Shown here piece after piece: positions 19,701 to 26,563 of a stretch of 32,000 bases of DNA. Location: contig NZ_JASJUT010000017.1 in NCBI RefSeq assembly GCF_030135505.1, positions 11,658 to 43,657 on the forward strand. Reading direction: 5' to 3'. Each line of letters starts with the position of its first letter. Position 1 is the stretch's first letter. The notes below the pieces were generated by a model, which was given only the letters and a program-made list of their open reading frames with translations, searched no databases and had not been told where the DNA came from. The position numbers were made by a program, and so were the translations under genes. Source of the stretch: Pseudoalteromonas obscura (GTDB lineage: Bacteria; Pseudomonadota; Gammaproteobacteria; Enterobacterales; Alteromonadaceae).

Positions 19701-19835
19701 GGCGATGGGTTCTAATTCTGAGGAGTCGGTATGACTTTCTTCGGCACTGTCTTTGTTGGCGGATTGAGCGGTGTGTTTTGTCGCGTATTCACGCATCAAA
19801 TCCTTGATCGCCAGTCGCTGTTTTTCTATATCCAA
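10773..19835 (-). CDS. Trans-AT polyketide synthase with architecture KS0-ACP-KS-KR-(degenerate ACP)-ACP-KS-ACP-ACP-ACP (MmpA/TmpA-like)
   Basis: - KS1, about 18411-19712: Cys213 is present (NTMCSGAA). The His motif reads YIEAQGMGN, with Gln349 (18789-18791) in place of His.
- ACP1: Ser680 (GFDSL, 17796-17798).
- KS2, about 16358-17612: complete (DTACSSS, EAHGTGT, NIGHLE).
- KR, about 14770-15880: YLITGGLGQLG, GDYAAANAF. HCAGVIQDG contains the Asp typical of B-type KRs.
- ACP-like fold lacking a Ser, about 14262-14490.
- ACP2: Ser1915 (GIDSL, 14091-14093).
- KS3, about 12536-13838: complete (DTMCASS, EAHGTGT, NIGHCE).
- Three tandem ACPs with Ser2733, Ser2835 and Ser2934.
- No GHSxG acyltransferase motif anywhere in the protein.
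- The start is TTG 19835, 3 nt after the upstream stop. An alternative is ATG 19796, preceded by AAGGA. Confidence 0.95.
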   Translation of the reverse strand: MDIEKQRLAIKDLMREYATKHTAQSANKDSAEESHTDSSELEPIAIVGLEGYLPGCQSVAEFWRHLDKDESLIEEIPQSRFDWHLYADEVQTEEAQPDKMRCRWGGFIPDIQSFDPHFFKLLPDDAERMDPQQRLLLMSVYNTLENAGYRPQALKGSNTGVFVGFERNEYLLNLIESGYDTGESLHQSDSMIANNISYYFDFSGPSEVVNTMCSGAAVAIHRAVVALRAGEIDQAIVGAANLLLRPDTFVKLSQSQQMSPTPTVKSFGSDADGYLRAEGVASILLKPYSRARKDGDAIYAVIKNSAVNYNGNRSASIAAPNTNAHASLIQACYAKANIDPREVDYIEAQGMGNPVADICEWDAFNLALNNLAQQQGVALRPAQCKVSTLKPMIGHMHSASSLGALFKVIHSLQSEKIHKILGIDQISADIDPKHSVCQLATDTIPWPKTSRNRLAGIHAYGAGGNNAHVLIEGLDRESEPSVKGEPEGEQVWALPVSALNKACFTAQLTALREVLNQRAYPLSHLAFTLRHGRDSHDYRCIFLASSREQLLQQIEDVLQARANSNVFEHGHSQELGEQAQPIAAQWLETGHCEWPEMVPEERQRVHLPGTQFNLKSYWIAPDIAPQTLDTAMDITIEPAPTGDDEHRIAKILIAILAEHLRVSERDIDLEREFSDMGFDSLLVSRVSKALSEKLATQIDPAVLFEATTPAKLIDHCKRHFQQSTSGSGARRKFTASKPSFTRQPIAIIGLAGQYPDADNVFEFWQNLAAGKSSIREIPNERWPIAAYFDAQADGEGDSFKAAAKWGGFLDGLNYFDNEFFNLPPFEAAYMSPKERLFMQCAWHVVEDAGYTTKALERDTVGVFVGISKAGFDNYKDSYFSAANRISYRFNFGGPSMPVDTACSSSLSAIHEACLHLYAGECDVAVAGGVNAYTHPSTFAEFTRLNVLSKDGTLSAFGAQANGFVPGEGVGAVLLKPLAKAIADGDHIYGVIRGTAINHGGKVNGYTVPSPLAQQNLIRTALSRAGLCAADINYVEAHGTGTLLGDPVEFKGLDEAYKAGTSAQQFCALGSVKTNIGHLEAAAGIAGLTKVLLQMHHKKLAPTLNAEQPNPHIDFAASAFKLQHSLTDWQLDTASRNAKRRAGVSSFGAGGSNAHIVVEEAPTAAQSTALESSYLFVLSAKSESGLARYVDKYINFLTEQPSISLANMTYTLQAGREAMSYRMACEVDSLDALLEMLKAYKQGTESAQLWQGKVDKNRGVEALFQESSAQQLVRHWLAERKFQYIAELWTQGGEIDWLPSKPTQYQRVSLPGYPFAQIDIPKAPMLVPVTARDDGPLAASATDSAAGVLLMTPSWRALDEMHNEPLDEDIEQHIVLCDYPALSAREGIVHLSSSTAHPATSFTQFCIQLTARFEAIIRDKGRSHKILQVVVPLEPSLQSTLPAMSALLKTCSLENDNVTGQLIELPANLPQEQVFNLLDQAKQQRHCHWFKAEASQLMACDLDVLDTVPVPHPWRDQGVYLITGGLGQLGYLCACDIAQKVQAPTLILTGQRPLDVDRDNQLARLKEMGATVRYETVDLTALDAVTTLVQNTVREHGGINAVLHCAGVIQDGLLRNKDAQSIRRVLAPKTYGAWHLGQACEEIKLEHFVLFSSAVSMVGNVGQGDYAAANAFMDLYAQQRQQRVEQGLCFGQSCAIGWGLWRDGGMQVSDDILAALYDMSGMQPIERDAGLSVLYQVMRQARTRTIAIAGDTAKLEQHFSRSIGAAAPIALPSKATQPNNGQVQRELMSRFTAAAAVVVGVAPSAIDLHVGLDEQGFGIVELHAIVNELNQHCDHDFSLNTANAYRTLHDLLEAYSDSLTGKTRVQGHSGALSSADEGVLLASVCEQLTALISQVTGYAKEKLGQDTGFDELGIDSLVVTKLTNKLESVYGTLPKTLFFEYHTIAQLAEYMLTAHRSQLEAHLIPPTSSSDAPRTTSSSESIEPQRESVASARPEQSGDAQDTDIAIIGISGRYPQANTLQAFWQVLAGGQDCITEVPISRWAHSHYYDAEKGKPGKTYAKWGGFIDGVDKFDPSFFNISPREAEIIEPQERLFLQTAYEAIEDAGYSRASLAQNTALDGTPGAVGVYVGVTYQEYQLYGAQETMLGRPMVLSMSPSSIANRVSYFCDFHGPSLAIDTMCASSLTSIHLACQSLLSGECKAAIAGGVNVSIHPAKYLMLGYGGFASQTGRCKTFSAEADGFVPSEGVGAVLLKPLREALQDGDNIYGVIKGSAVNHGGRTYGYSVPSPTAQQTVIARALAQAKVRPQEISYLEAHGTGTSLGDPIEVAALNKAFSTDKNKDHLCAIGSVKSNIGHCESAAGIAGLTKVLLQMKHQQLVPSLHSEQINPKIEFAQSPFVVQQQLAPWPSRDDAPRIAGVSSFGAGGSNAHLIVQEAPKQVEQHGNNRSHLQVITLSARSHEQLKEMASNLLHHLRREQLSQDDVQRIAYTLQTGRETFDYRLACMAGDLAEIHTGLERFLAADSVPAEAESWLNSLVCTGVADENQAQSTPLDPSFLSTIKRTDEAQRDVRCKELVSAWLRGREIQWHALYDHQSPVKISLPTYPFVAKRYWKPASDEALRAQMVNALSRNTPALPAPQERKSGKIQLVDPQLFAVKKVALTAPARPLEKAQTPAPQLDSSVEMVTVNETPKAHACEGTDTFSKDFLRASLAKALMMNEDEISDNTPFSNIGLDSIVGVEWVRAINAQYNLALAVERVHEYPSINQLHAHLQQSGACEASAVQPEMTETALSTPAQEEAADDEAVINTVIATLANALLLDAGDIRAQSRFVDLGLDSIVGVEWIRAINNHFGTHIEANAVYEHPTPAAFSQYLTSLFAEPQTSTGDAAQLDSSVSLQAPSEYTSLDFLRTSLATVLMMAEQEIKAATRFADLGLDSITGMEWIKVINQTMQLSLNADIVYEHNTLESFSGYIQSQLESKGMQQAQEIIRALQAAQRSDEATQDAHLGVAGQHKEHKQMEEVL

Positions 19836-19838
19836 AAC

Positions 19839-20963
19839 TTATTTCACTCCTGTATATGCTGCTACGAGCTGCTCCAAATGGGGTAAAGAGTCCTTTACTG
19901 ATGCGTAATCCACGCCAAAGTCCATTAAACACGCAATTTCATTCACGCCGATGTCCTGTGCCTGTTTGACGATCCGCTTACCATCTTCAACTGTGCCGAA
20001 CAACGCACCGGTCTTAAAATATCGCTGAAAAGCATATTCCAAAATACTGTCTTTATCTTGCTCACCAAATTCAGCAGCGCCCTTTTTCTGCAGCGAGTCA
20101 CTGGCTAGGTGGGCTTCCATTGAACTGCGAATATATGCTTTGAATGGACTTTCCACTGCGCGCTTCACTTGCGAGATAGAGTCTCCAATCAAGGTATGAA
20201 GCATCAGTGTGACCACCCCCGACTCAGGGTCAAAACCGGCCCGTTTTCTCGCCGCCCTATAAATGTTGATCTTTCGCTCCATGGAGGCAAGATCGACGCC
20301 GTAAAGCATGGTAAATACGTTGTGACCACTCGCACCAGCCTGCTCAAATCCCTTGTCATTTTGAGCGACTAACATCCACACGTTCAACGACTTTTGAATA
20401 GGTCTTGGGTAGACTTTGGTCGCATAAGAGGTGTTATCAGGTCCCTCAAACTCAACACTTTCCCCAGCCCACAGTCGTTTAACGATTGAGATCTGCTCCG
20501 TCATTTTCTCTCGACGGTCATCATAGTTATGTGGGGCATAAATAAAGTCAGGTTTATTCCACCCAGAGCCAAATCCCAGATCGACACGCCCATTGGACAG
20601 AATATCATTCATAGCCCACCATTCCACCACCTCTGCGGGGTGGTGCAGCGGTAAGCTCACGCCCGCAGTGCGAAAGCGAATATGCTTTGTTTGCGGGATA
20701 AGATAAGCCGCCATGACCGCTGAGTTTGGGAAAATCGCGCCAAATTCATGAAAGTGACGTTCAGGCAAGTAAACCGCGGTGAACTTAGCTTGATCTGCAA
20801 ACTGAGTCAACGCGGTGATAAAGTCGTATTTCTCTGAGCTGGTAATGTCTTTGCGGATGTCTGAAAAAAACATCATGCTGAACGCCATTTCTCCAGCCGG
20901 TTTGGGATCTGACTTCACAGGTAAAAAGTCAGTATCTAAACCTAACAGTGCTTGTATTGTCAT
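19839..20963 (-). CDS. Luciferase-like (FMN-dependent) monooxygenase (MupA-like)
   Basis: The ORF shows LLM-family features: FSMMFFS (first strand), LPERHFHEFG, GRVDLGFGSGWN. The track's start at 20996 is a TTG. ATG 20963 has an upstream AAGGA. ATG 20888 (MAFSMMFF, preceded by GGAGAA) would give the N-terminus most typical of the family. The start is therefore uncertain. Confidence 0.85.
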   Translation of the reverse strand: MTIQALLGLDTDFLPVKSDPKPAGEMAFSMMFFSDIRKDITSSEKYDFITALTQFADQAKFTAVYLPERHFHEFGAIFPNSAVMAAYLIPQTKHIRFRTAGVSLPLHHPAEVVEWWAMNDILSNGRVDLGFGSGWNKPDFIYAPHNYDDRREKMTEQISIVKRLWAGESVEFEGPDNTSYATKVYPRPIQKSLNVWMLVAQNDKGFEQAGASGHNVFTMLYGVDLASMERKINIYRAARKRAGFDPESGVVTLMLHTLIGDSISQVKRAVESPFKAYIRSSMEAHLASDSLQKKGAAEFGEQDKDSILEYAFQRYFKTGALFGTVEDGKRIVKQAQDIGVNEIACLMDFGVDYASVKDSLPHLEQLVAAYTGVK

Positions 20964-21210
20964 CAATAATTTTATCCTTAAATTATTCCAGCCCAAAACG
21001 ACTGCGCTTCAGCACCCAGTATATCGTTACACATAATTTTTTAGTGTTGCGCATGCGGCAAACACTCTGGCACTGACAAAGTGATGTTGTAGAAATCGTA
21101 TTTGAATCGTTTTTGATTATGCAAAATTTTCCCACACAATCCAACCATTGTTCGTTGGCAAAATCACCTTAGGGATTTTTACACGCACTTTTTGTTTCGC
21201 TCATCTCATT

Positions 21211-21250
21211 TTGTCTCATGCGTGAGACAAACCTTTAATTGCAATTAAAG
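21211..21250. promoter_or_regulatory. Two adjacent palindromic candidate operator sites
   Basis: TTGTCTCA-TGCG-TGAGACAA (21211-21230) has 8-bp perfect arms. It is followed 2 bp later by the perfect 18-bp palindrome CTTTAATTGCAATTAAAG (21233-21250). I checked both base by base. Confidence 0.45.
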
Positions 21251-21482
21251 AAACAATAACAGTATCACCAATGGTTCGTACCACTCACCCTGCCACAACC
21301 GCATCAGATAGTTTAAACACACAATAAATACAATAGGTTAAACAGTTAAATTGATAACATATTTAGACTGAGATATACAAGGGTTTTACTGTGTGTAAAT
21401 ACCCAACCGTGCTCGGTGCCAGTGAAAACATACACCGAACCTACAATTCTCTTGGAAAATAATCCCATAAGTGCCGTAAGCC

Positions 21483-21510
21483 TTTTACGTTGTTGAATTT
21501 ATGGTATGAT
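21483..21510 (+). promoter_or_regulatory. Candidate sigma70 promoter with an extended -10 for the IleRS gene
   Basis: TGGTATGAT (TGn plus TATGAT) ends at 21510, about 58 nt upstream of the ATG. The -35 is only weak (TTTTAC, 16-nt spacer). Confidence 0.3.
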
Positions 21511-21568
21511 GAAATATCAGCTTATCGCTACAGCATAATGAACTCTAATTAAAGGTTACTTTGGCAGA

Positions 21569-24500
21569 ATGAACGGCAATACTCTCGATACAGATCAGAA
21601 TACATTTTCCTTTGTTGATGCGGAACGAAAAGTCCTTGATTTTTGGGAAAAACAGGATATTTTTCAGAAATCTCTTCGTCAAACAGCCAACAATCCACCC
21701 TATGCATTTTACGATGGTCCTCCATTTGCAACTGGTAAACCACACCATGGGCATCTGCTGGCATCCACCATTAAAGATATTATCCCTCGCTACTTTACGA
21801 TGAAAGGTTATTACGTCCAACGCCGTTTTGGCTGGGATTGTCATGGCCTACCTATTGAGCATGAAACCGATAAAACCTTGGGTATGTCAGCCAAAGAGGC
21901 CGTTGAGACCTTAGGGATCAAAGCATACAATGATGAATGTCGAGGTATCGTTCAACGCTATACTAAAGAGTGGCGCTCTACCGTTACACGCATTGGCCGC
22001 TGGGTCGATTTTGATAATGATTACAGAACCATGGAACCTTGGTACATGGAGTCTGTATGGTGGGTGTTCAAACAACTTTGGGAAAAAGACCTTATCACCC
22101 AAGGCGTCAAAGTTGTGCCGTTTTCTACCACTTTAGGCACCGTTTTATCTAACTTCGAAGCGGGCTCTAACTACAAAGATGTGCAAGATCCTGCACTTGA
22201 AGTGTTGTTCAAATTAGAAGACGAAGACTGCTATATCGCAGCGTGGACCACCACACCTTGGACTTTACCTTCCAACTTGGGACTGTGCGTCAAAGCCGAT
22301 GCCGACTACATAAAAGTGTTAGATGAAGATAAAGATATACACTTTATTATTGCCAAAGCGCGCCTTGAAGCCATAGGTAAAGGGAAAAACTTAACTGTAG
22401 TGCAAGAATATACAGGCGCGGAATTGGTCGGAAAACGCTATGAGCCGCTCTTTGATTATTTCAAAGAACTAAAGAATGAAGGCGCATTTGTTGTCCTTGC
22501 TGACGATTATGTCACCATGGACAGTGGTACGGGTATCGTACATATCGCACCAGCATTTGGTGAAGACGATAACCGCGTCATGAAAGAGGCAAATATTCAA
22601 GCCGTTGTGTGCCCTTTGAATATGGTTGGCGAGTTTACCGAAGAAGTGACGGACTTTAGCGGAATGCACGTCAAAGAAGCGGATAAGAAAATCATTCGCC
22701 ACTTAAAAGAAACAGGCCACCTGTACAGCCACACCACCATAGTGCACAGCTACCCGTTCTGCCCGCGTTCTGACACGCCGATCATCTACCGCTCTATTCC
22801 ATCATGGTATGTCAAAGTAGAGCAGATGCGCGACAAGCTCGTGGCATTGAATCAACAGATCAACTGGGTACCTGAATATATTAAAGAAGGCCGGATGGGG
22901 AACTGGTTGGCTGGCGCCATTGACTGGGCAGTCTCGCGAAACAGATACTGGGGAACACCGATTCCGCTGTGGCGCAACGACGTTACTGGCAACTATTTAT
23001 GTATTGGTTCAATTGAGGAATTGGAGCGCTATTCAGGGATCCGTGTCGATGACTTACACCGTGACTACGTCGATGATATTGCTTTCAGTGTGGCAGGTGA
23101 AGAAGGCACTTATCAGCGGATTGAGGAAGTACTCGATTGTTGGTTTGAGTCAGGCGCGATGCCGTATGCTCAGCTCCACTACCCGTTCGAAAATCAGTCT
23201 CTTTTCGAGTCCAGCTTTCCAGCTGAATTCATTGCCGAGGGACTAGACCAAACACGCGGTTGGTTTTATACCCTATTGGTATTAAGTCAGGCTTTACACG
23301 ATAAGCCCGCATTTAAGAACGTCATTGTTAATGGCATCGTGATGGCAGAAGATGGCAAGAAAATGTCGAAGCGCTTGCGCAACTACACTCAGCCAGATGA
23401 CATCATGGAAGAGTTTGGTGCCGATGCTCTACGCTTATATTTAATCAACTCAGGTTTGGTAAAAGGCGAACCACAACACTTTTCAAACGAAGGTGTGAAA
23501 CTGACCGTTCGTCGTGCCTTGCTGCCTTGGTGGAATGCTTTTAAGTTCCTGAAGACCTATATAGAAATCGACGGGTGGAAACCTTCAAATACCGCGCACA
23601 CAATCACCAATCCGTTGGATCATTGGATACTGTCCAAGCTGCAAACATTGAAGTTAAAGGTCACCACGGAGATCGAAAACTATCAGTTATATAACGTGAT
23701 CCCGGTGTTGTTTGAGTTTATTGAGCAATTGACCAACTGGTATATCCGCCTCAATCGCTCGCGCTTTTGGGCTGAAACACTGACTGAAGACAAGGCATGT
23801 GCATATCAGACGCTGTACACCTGTATCTATGAATTGAGCTTGGCCATGGCACCGTTTGCGCCGTTCTTGTCAGAGCATATCTATCAAGAGATGCTAGCCT
23901 TACAAGATCATGGGGAGCAACCTGAGTCAGTGCACTTGTGTGCATATCCAACCGTGGATGAAGCACTCATTCAGCCAGAGCTTGAAGATGCACTTGCGCT
24001 ATTACAAAACGTCGTGTTGCTAGGTCGTCAAAAGCGTAATAAAGAGCGGATCAAGACCAAAATCCCTCTAATGAGCCTAACAGTGATCCATCGCGATACA
24101 GGTCTCCTTCAAGAGATCAAGAAGTTAGAGTCTTACTTACAAACAGAGCTGAATGTAAAATCAGTCGTCTATCGTGAAGACGAAGACTCCTTTATCAATT
24201 TCTACGCCAAGCCAAATTCACCTTTGCTGGGCAAAAAGTTGGGTAAATCATTTAAGCAATATAAAACGCTTATTGAGGCACTCACTGGTGAGCAGTTACG
24301 TCAATTAGAGAAAGACGGCAGCATTGAACTTGAGGGCATGCGCTTCGACAAAGAAGAAATCCTCACTTTCCGTGAACCAAAAGAAGGCTCAGAAGTCATT
24401 TCTGATAGCTATATTTCCATTGAACTGGACTGTAAACTCAACGAGGAGTTATTGGCTGAGGGTCTGGCCCGTGAAATCGTTAATCGTGTTCAAAAAACAC

Positions 24501-24715
24501 GTAAGCAGCTTGATTTTAAGATCGAAGACCGTATTCATGTCGAATATGCATGTGATCAAGCACTCGACGCCGCTATCGCTGCACATACAGACACCATCTC
24601 ATCGGAGACATTGGCATTGAGCTTTGAAAAGCGCGATATCGCATCTGATGACACGGTTGCGCGTTATGATGTAGAGGGCCATACGCTATTGCTTAAGTTG
24701 AGTAAGGCGACATAA
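21569..24715 (+). CDS. ileS: Isoleucyl-tRNA synthetase, eukaryote-like type 2 (MupM/TmlM-like putative self-resistance enzyme)
   Basis: 1048-aa ORF. The HIGH region is YAFYDGPPFATGKPHHGHLL, the PPFATG..H.GH form typical of type 2/eukaryote-like IleRS rather than the PYANG..HIGH form of gammaproteobacterial IleRS1. KMSKS is present as GKKMSKRLRNY. Class Ia editing-domain and anticodon-binding regions are present (WTTTPWTLPSN, DQTRGWFY). I saw no C-terminal Cys-rich zinc motif. Confidence 0.95.
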   Translation: MNGNTLDTDQNTFSFVDAERKVLDFWEKQDIFQKSLRQTANNPPYAFYDGPPFATGKPHHGHLLASTIKDIIPRYFTMKGYYVQRRFGWDCHGLPIEHETDKTLGMSAKEAVETLGIKAYNDECRGIVQRYTKEWRSTVTRIGRWVDFDNDYRTMEPWYMESVWWVFKQLWEKDLITQGVKVVPFSTTLGTVLSNFEAGSNYKDVQDPALEVLFKLEDEDCYIAAWTTTPWTLPSNLGLCVKADADYIKVLDEDKDIHFIIAKARLEAIGKGKNLTVVQEYTGAELVGKRYEPLFDYFKELKNEGAFVVLADDYVTMDSGTGIVHIAPAFGEDDNRVMKEANIQAVVCPLNMVGEFTEEVTDFSGMHVKEADKKIIRHLKETGHLYSHTTIVHSYPFCPRSDTPIIYRSIPSWYVKVEQMRDKLVALNQQINWVPEYIKEGRMGNWLAGAIDWAVSRNRYWGTPIPLWRNDVTGNYLCIGSIEELERYSGIRVDDLHRDYVDDIAFSVAGEEGTYQRIEEVLDCWFESGAMPYAQLHYPFENQSLFESSFPAEFIAEGLDQTRGWFYTLLVLSQALHDKPAFKNVIVNGIVMAEDGKKMSKRLRNYTQPDDIMEEFGADALRLYLINSGLVKGEPQHFSNEGVKLTVRRALLPWWNAFKFLKTYIEIDGWKPSNTAHTITNPLDHWILSKLQTLKLKVTTEIENYQLYNVIPVLFEFIEQLTNWYIRLNRSRFWAETLTEDKACAYQTLYTCIYELSLAMAPFAPFLSEHIYQEMLALQDHGEQPESVHLCAYPTVDEALIQPELEDALALLQNVVLLGRQKRNKERIKTKIPLMSLTVIHRDTGLLQEIKKLESYLQTELNVKSVVYREDEDSFINFYAKPNSPLLGKKLGKSFKQYKTLIEALTGEQLRQLEKDGSIELEGMRFDKEEILTFREPKEGSEVISDSYISIELDCKLNEELLAEGLAREIVNRVQKTRKQLDFKIEDRIHVEYACDQALDAAIAAHTDTISSETLALSFEKRDIASDDTVARYDVEGHTLLLKLSKAT

Positions 24716-24731
24716 CCTAACACTATCCAGT

Positions 24732-24764
24732 TGTGCACAGTCACTTTTTAGGTGCCTGTGCACA
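24732..24764 (+). terminator. Weak candidate stem-loop downstream of ileS
   Basis: TGTGCACAG (24732-24740) pairs with CTGTGCACA (24756-24764), giving a 9-bp stem and a 15-nt loop. It starts 17 nt after the ileS stop. No T-tract follows, so it is not a canonical intrinsic terminator. Confidence 0.3.
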
Positions 24765-25141
24765 CTGTTAACTAGGCCAATAAATAGACAAATTTCTGCA
24801 AACATCGCCCACCCCTCCCCTTTCACTCTGTGACTCAATACATGCTTTACATGTTATTTATCAATGTTTACAATGTTTTTCATCATTCAATTACACGGCT
24901 GAAGATACGCCGTTGGTGTGCTGATTGTCATACATCAGAAAATAACCACACCCTGAGTGCCTAGACAAATAATAATTTAAGATCCCTTTAAACTGGGCGG
25001 TATTTCTGCGCTTATAATTCCATAAGCATCGCCTGTGTTTTGAGGTCACTTGATGCTGATCCCCTATCACCTTGTAGGCTTGCCGCCATGCTATCAAAGG
25101 TGTTTCGTCACGCGTGGCGATCGGCGTAATAGCACCTGTTT

Positions 25142-26563
25142 ATGTCAGTGGCGACAAGCTATTTGACAATATATGAGCAACCAAAAAAGGAAGCTAACCC
25201 AGTGGATAGAACATGGATTTTGGATCGCGTAAAACAGTTCGATGAGACCCTTGCGGTTGTTGAAGAAGATAAATGCATTACCTTTGATGCAATTGCCCAA
25301 AGCGCTCACAATTGGCTGACCAATGAGTCGATCACAGAACGCAGTATCATTGTCATCAATGGATTATTTAACGCAACGACGTTGGGGTTGATGCTTTGTG
25401 CCTATATCAAGCAATGCACAATCGTGCCATTATTTAATAGCGATGCAACGCATGTAGACACGATCATTGACACGGTTCATCCAGATTTACTGTGTGACAC
25501 ACGCGACGACATCATGTACTGCAGCACGATAGCCCCCTTTGCAACCACCAAGCCTGCATTATTAAAGCAACTGAATACATTGGGAGAATCTGGACTGATC
25601 TTATACAGCTCTGGCAGCACAGGTACACCCAAAGCCATTTTACTCAGCTTAGACAAGCTTTTGCAGCGTTATCAAGTTCACAAAGAGCACCCCACCTCCA
25701 CCATCGCAGGCTTTTTGTTTTTTGATCACATTGGCGGTTTTGATGTCTTGATGCAGTGCCTAATGACAGGATGCACCTTGGTCAGCATGACTAAACGCAC
25801 CCCTGAAGATGTGTGTCAGGCCATTGAAAAACATCGTATCAATGTATTACCCACTACGCCGACTTTTCTCAACATGGTGTTGATCAACCGCAGCTATCAA
25901 CGTGTAGATCTAAGTTCACTTACCGTGATTGCATATGGCTCAGAAGTCATGCCACAAGCAACACTCGACTTGCTGCAACAAGCGTTGCCGCATGTCACGC
26001 TAAAACAAACATATGGTATGAGCGAGCTGGGGGTTTTACCCACAGAGTCGAAGGCAGGCAACTCACTGTGGCTAAAAATAAAAAAAACCGACTACAAAGT
26101 GCAGGATGGCGTGTTGTGGGTCAAATCGCCAACGGCCATGCTTGGTTACCTCAACCAAGATCATGCGCCATTGAATGATGGGTGGCTGTGCACTGGGGAT
26201 TTGGTGGAGCAACAGGGGGACTATATTCGCATTCTGGGGCGCCAGAGCACAGTGATAAATGTCGCGGGTGAAAAGGTATTTCCGGCCGAAATTGAAGCCT
26301 TCCTATTACAAATTCCATTTGTAAAGAATTCATCAGTCTGGGGGAAAAAGAACCCGATCACCGGAAAAATTGTCGCAGCGACAATTTACACTGATGAAGA
26401 AGTCGATCCGAAGCAGGCAAAAAAACATATTTTAGATATCTGTAAGCGAACCTTAGCCCCCTACAAAATTCCAAGACACTTCGAATTTGTAAATGAGCAG
26501 TATCATAGCGAAAGGTTTAAAAAAATCAATAAGATACAAGGAACACAAACCAGTGGAAAATAA
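25142..26563 (+). CDS. AMP-dependent acyl-CoA/acyl-ACP synthetase (adenylate-forming ligase, MupQ-like)
   Basis: 473-aa ORF with adenylation core motifs: LYSSGSTGTPKAILLS, QTYGMSELG, WLCTGDLV, INVAGEKVFPAEIE, PYKIPRHFEFV. ATG 25142 has no obvious SD. An in-frame GTG at 25202 is preceded by AAGGAAG 8 nt upstream and is an alternative start. Confidence 0.9.
   Translation: MSVATSYLTIYEQPKKEANPVDRTWILDRVKQFDETLAVVEEDKCITFDAIAQSAHNWLTNESITERSIIVINGLFNATTLGLMLCAYIKQCTIVPLFNSDATHVDTIIDTVHPDLLCDTRDDIMYCSTIAPFATTKPALLKQLNTLGESGLILYSSGSTGTPKAILLSLDKLLQRYQVHKEHPTSTIAGFLFFDHIGGFDVLMQCLMTGCTLVSMTKRTPEDVCQAIEKHRINVLPTTPTFLNMVLINRSYQRVDLSSLTVIAYGSEVMPQATLDLLQQALPHVTLKQTYGMSELGVLPTESKAGNSLWLKIKKTDYKVQDGVLWVKSPTAMLGYLNQDHAPLNDGWLCTGDLVEQQGDYIRILGRQSTVINVAGEKVFPAEIEAFLLQIPFVKNSSVWGKKNPITGKIVAATIYTDEEVDPKQAKKHILDICKRTLAPYKIPRHFEFVNEQYHSERFKKINKIQGTQTSGK

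Larger units (their letters stand above)
20964..21568. promoter_or_regulatory. AT-rich divergent intergenic/promoter region between the minus-strand PKS operon and the plus-strand IleRS gene
   Basis: About 600 bp with no credible ORF, flanked by genes transcribed outward on both sides. It contains two adjacent palindromes (21211-21250) and an extended -10-like element upstream of ileS. Confidence 0.7.

Noticed and set aside
21545-21844. Two minus-strand ORFs (99 and 71 aa) overlapping the 5' end of ileS.
   Set aside because: They are antisense to the highly conserved HIGH-motif region of IleRS and have no features of their own.
24891-25097. 68-aa minus-strand ORF in the ileS-ligase intergenic region.
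   Set aside because: It has no Shine-Dalgarno sequence and no recognisable motif, and its composition is odd (Cys/His/Tyr-rich). It would be transcribed against both neighbours. It is more likely non-coding regulatory DNA.
26493-26552. The track's ATG start for the SDR, giving a 71-nt overlap with the ligase gene.
   Set aside because: GTG 26553 has an AAGGA about 10 nt upstream and restores the usual short spacing before the glycine-rich NAD(P)-binding motif. The upstream 20 residues look like out-of-frame read-through of the ligase 3' end.
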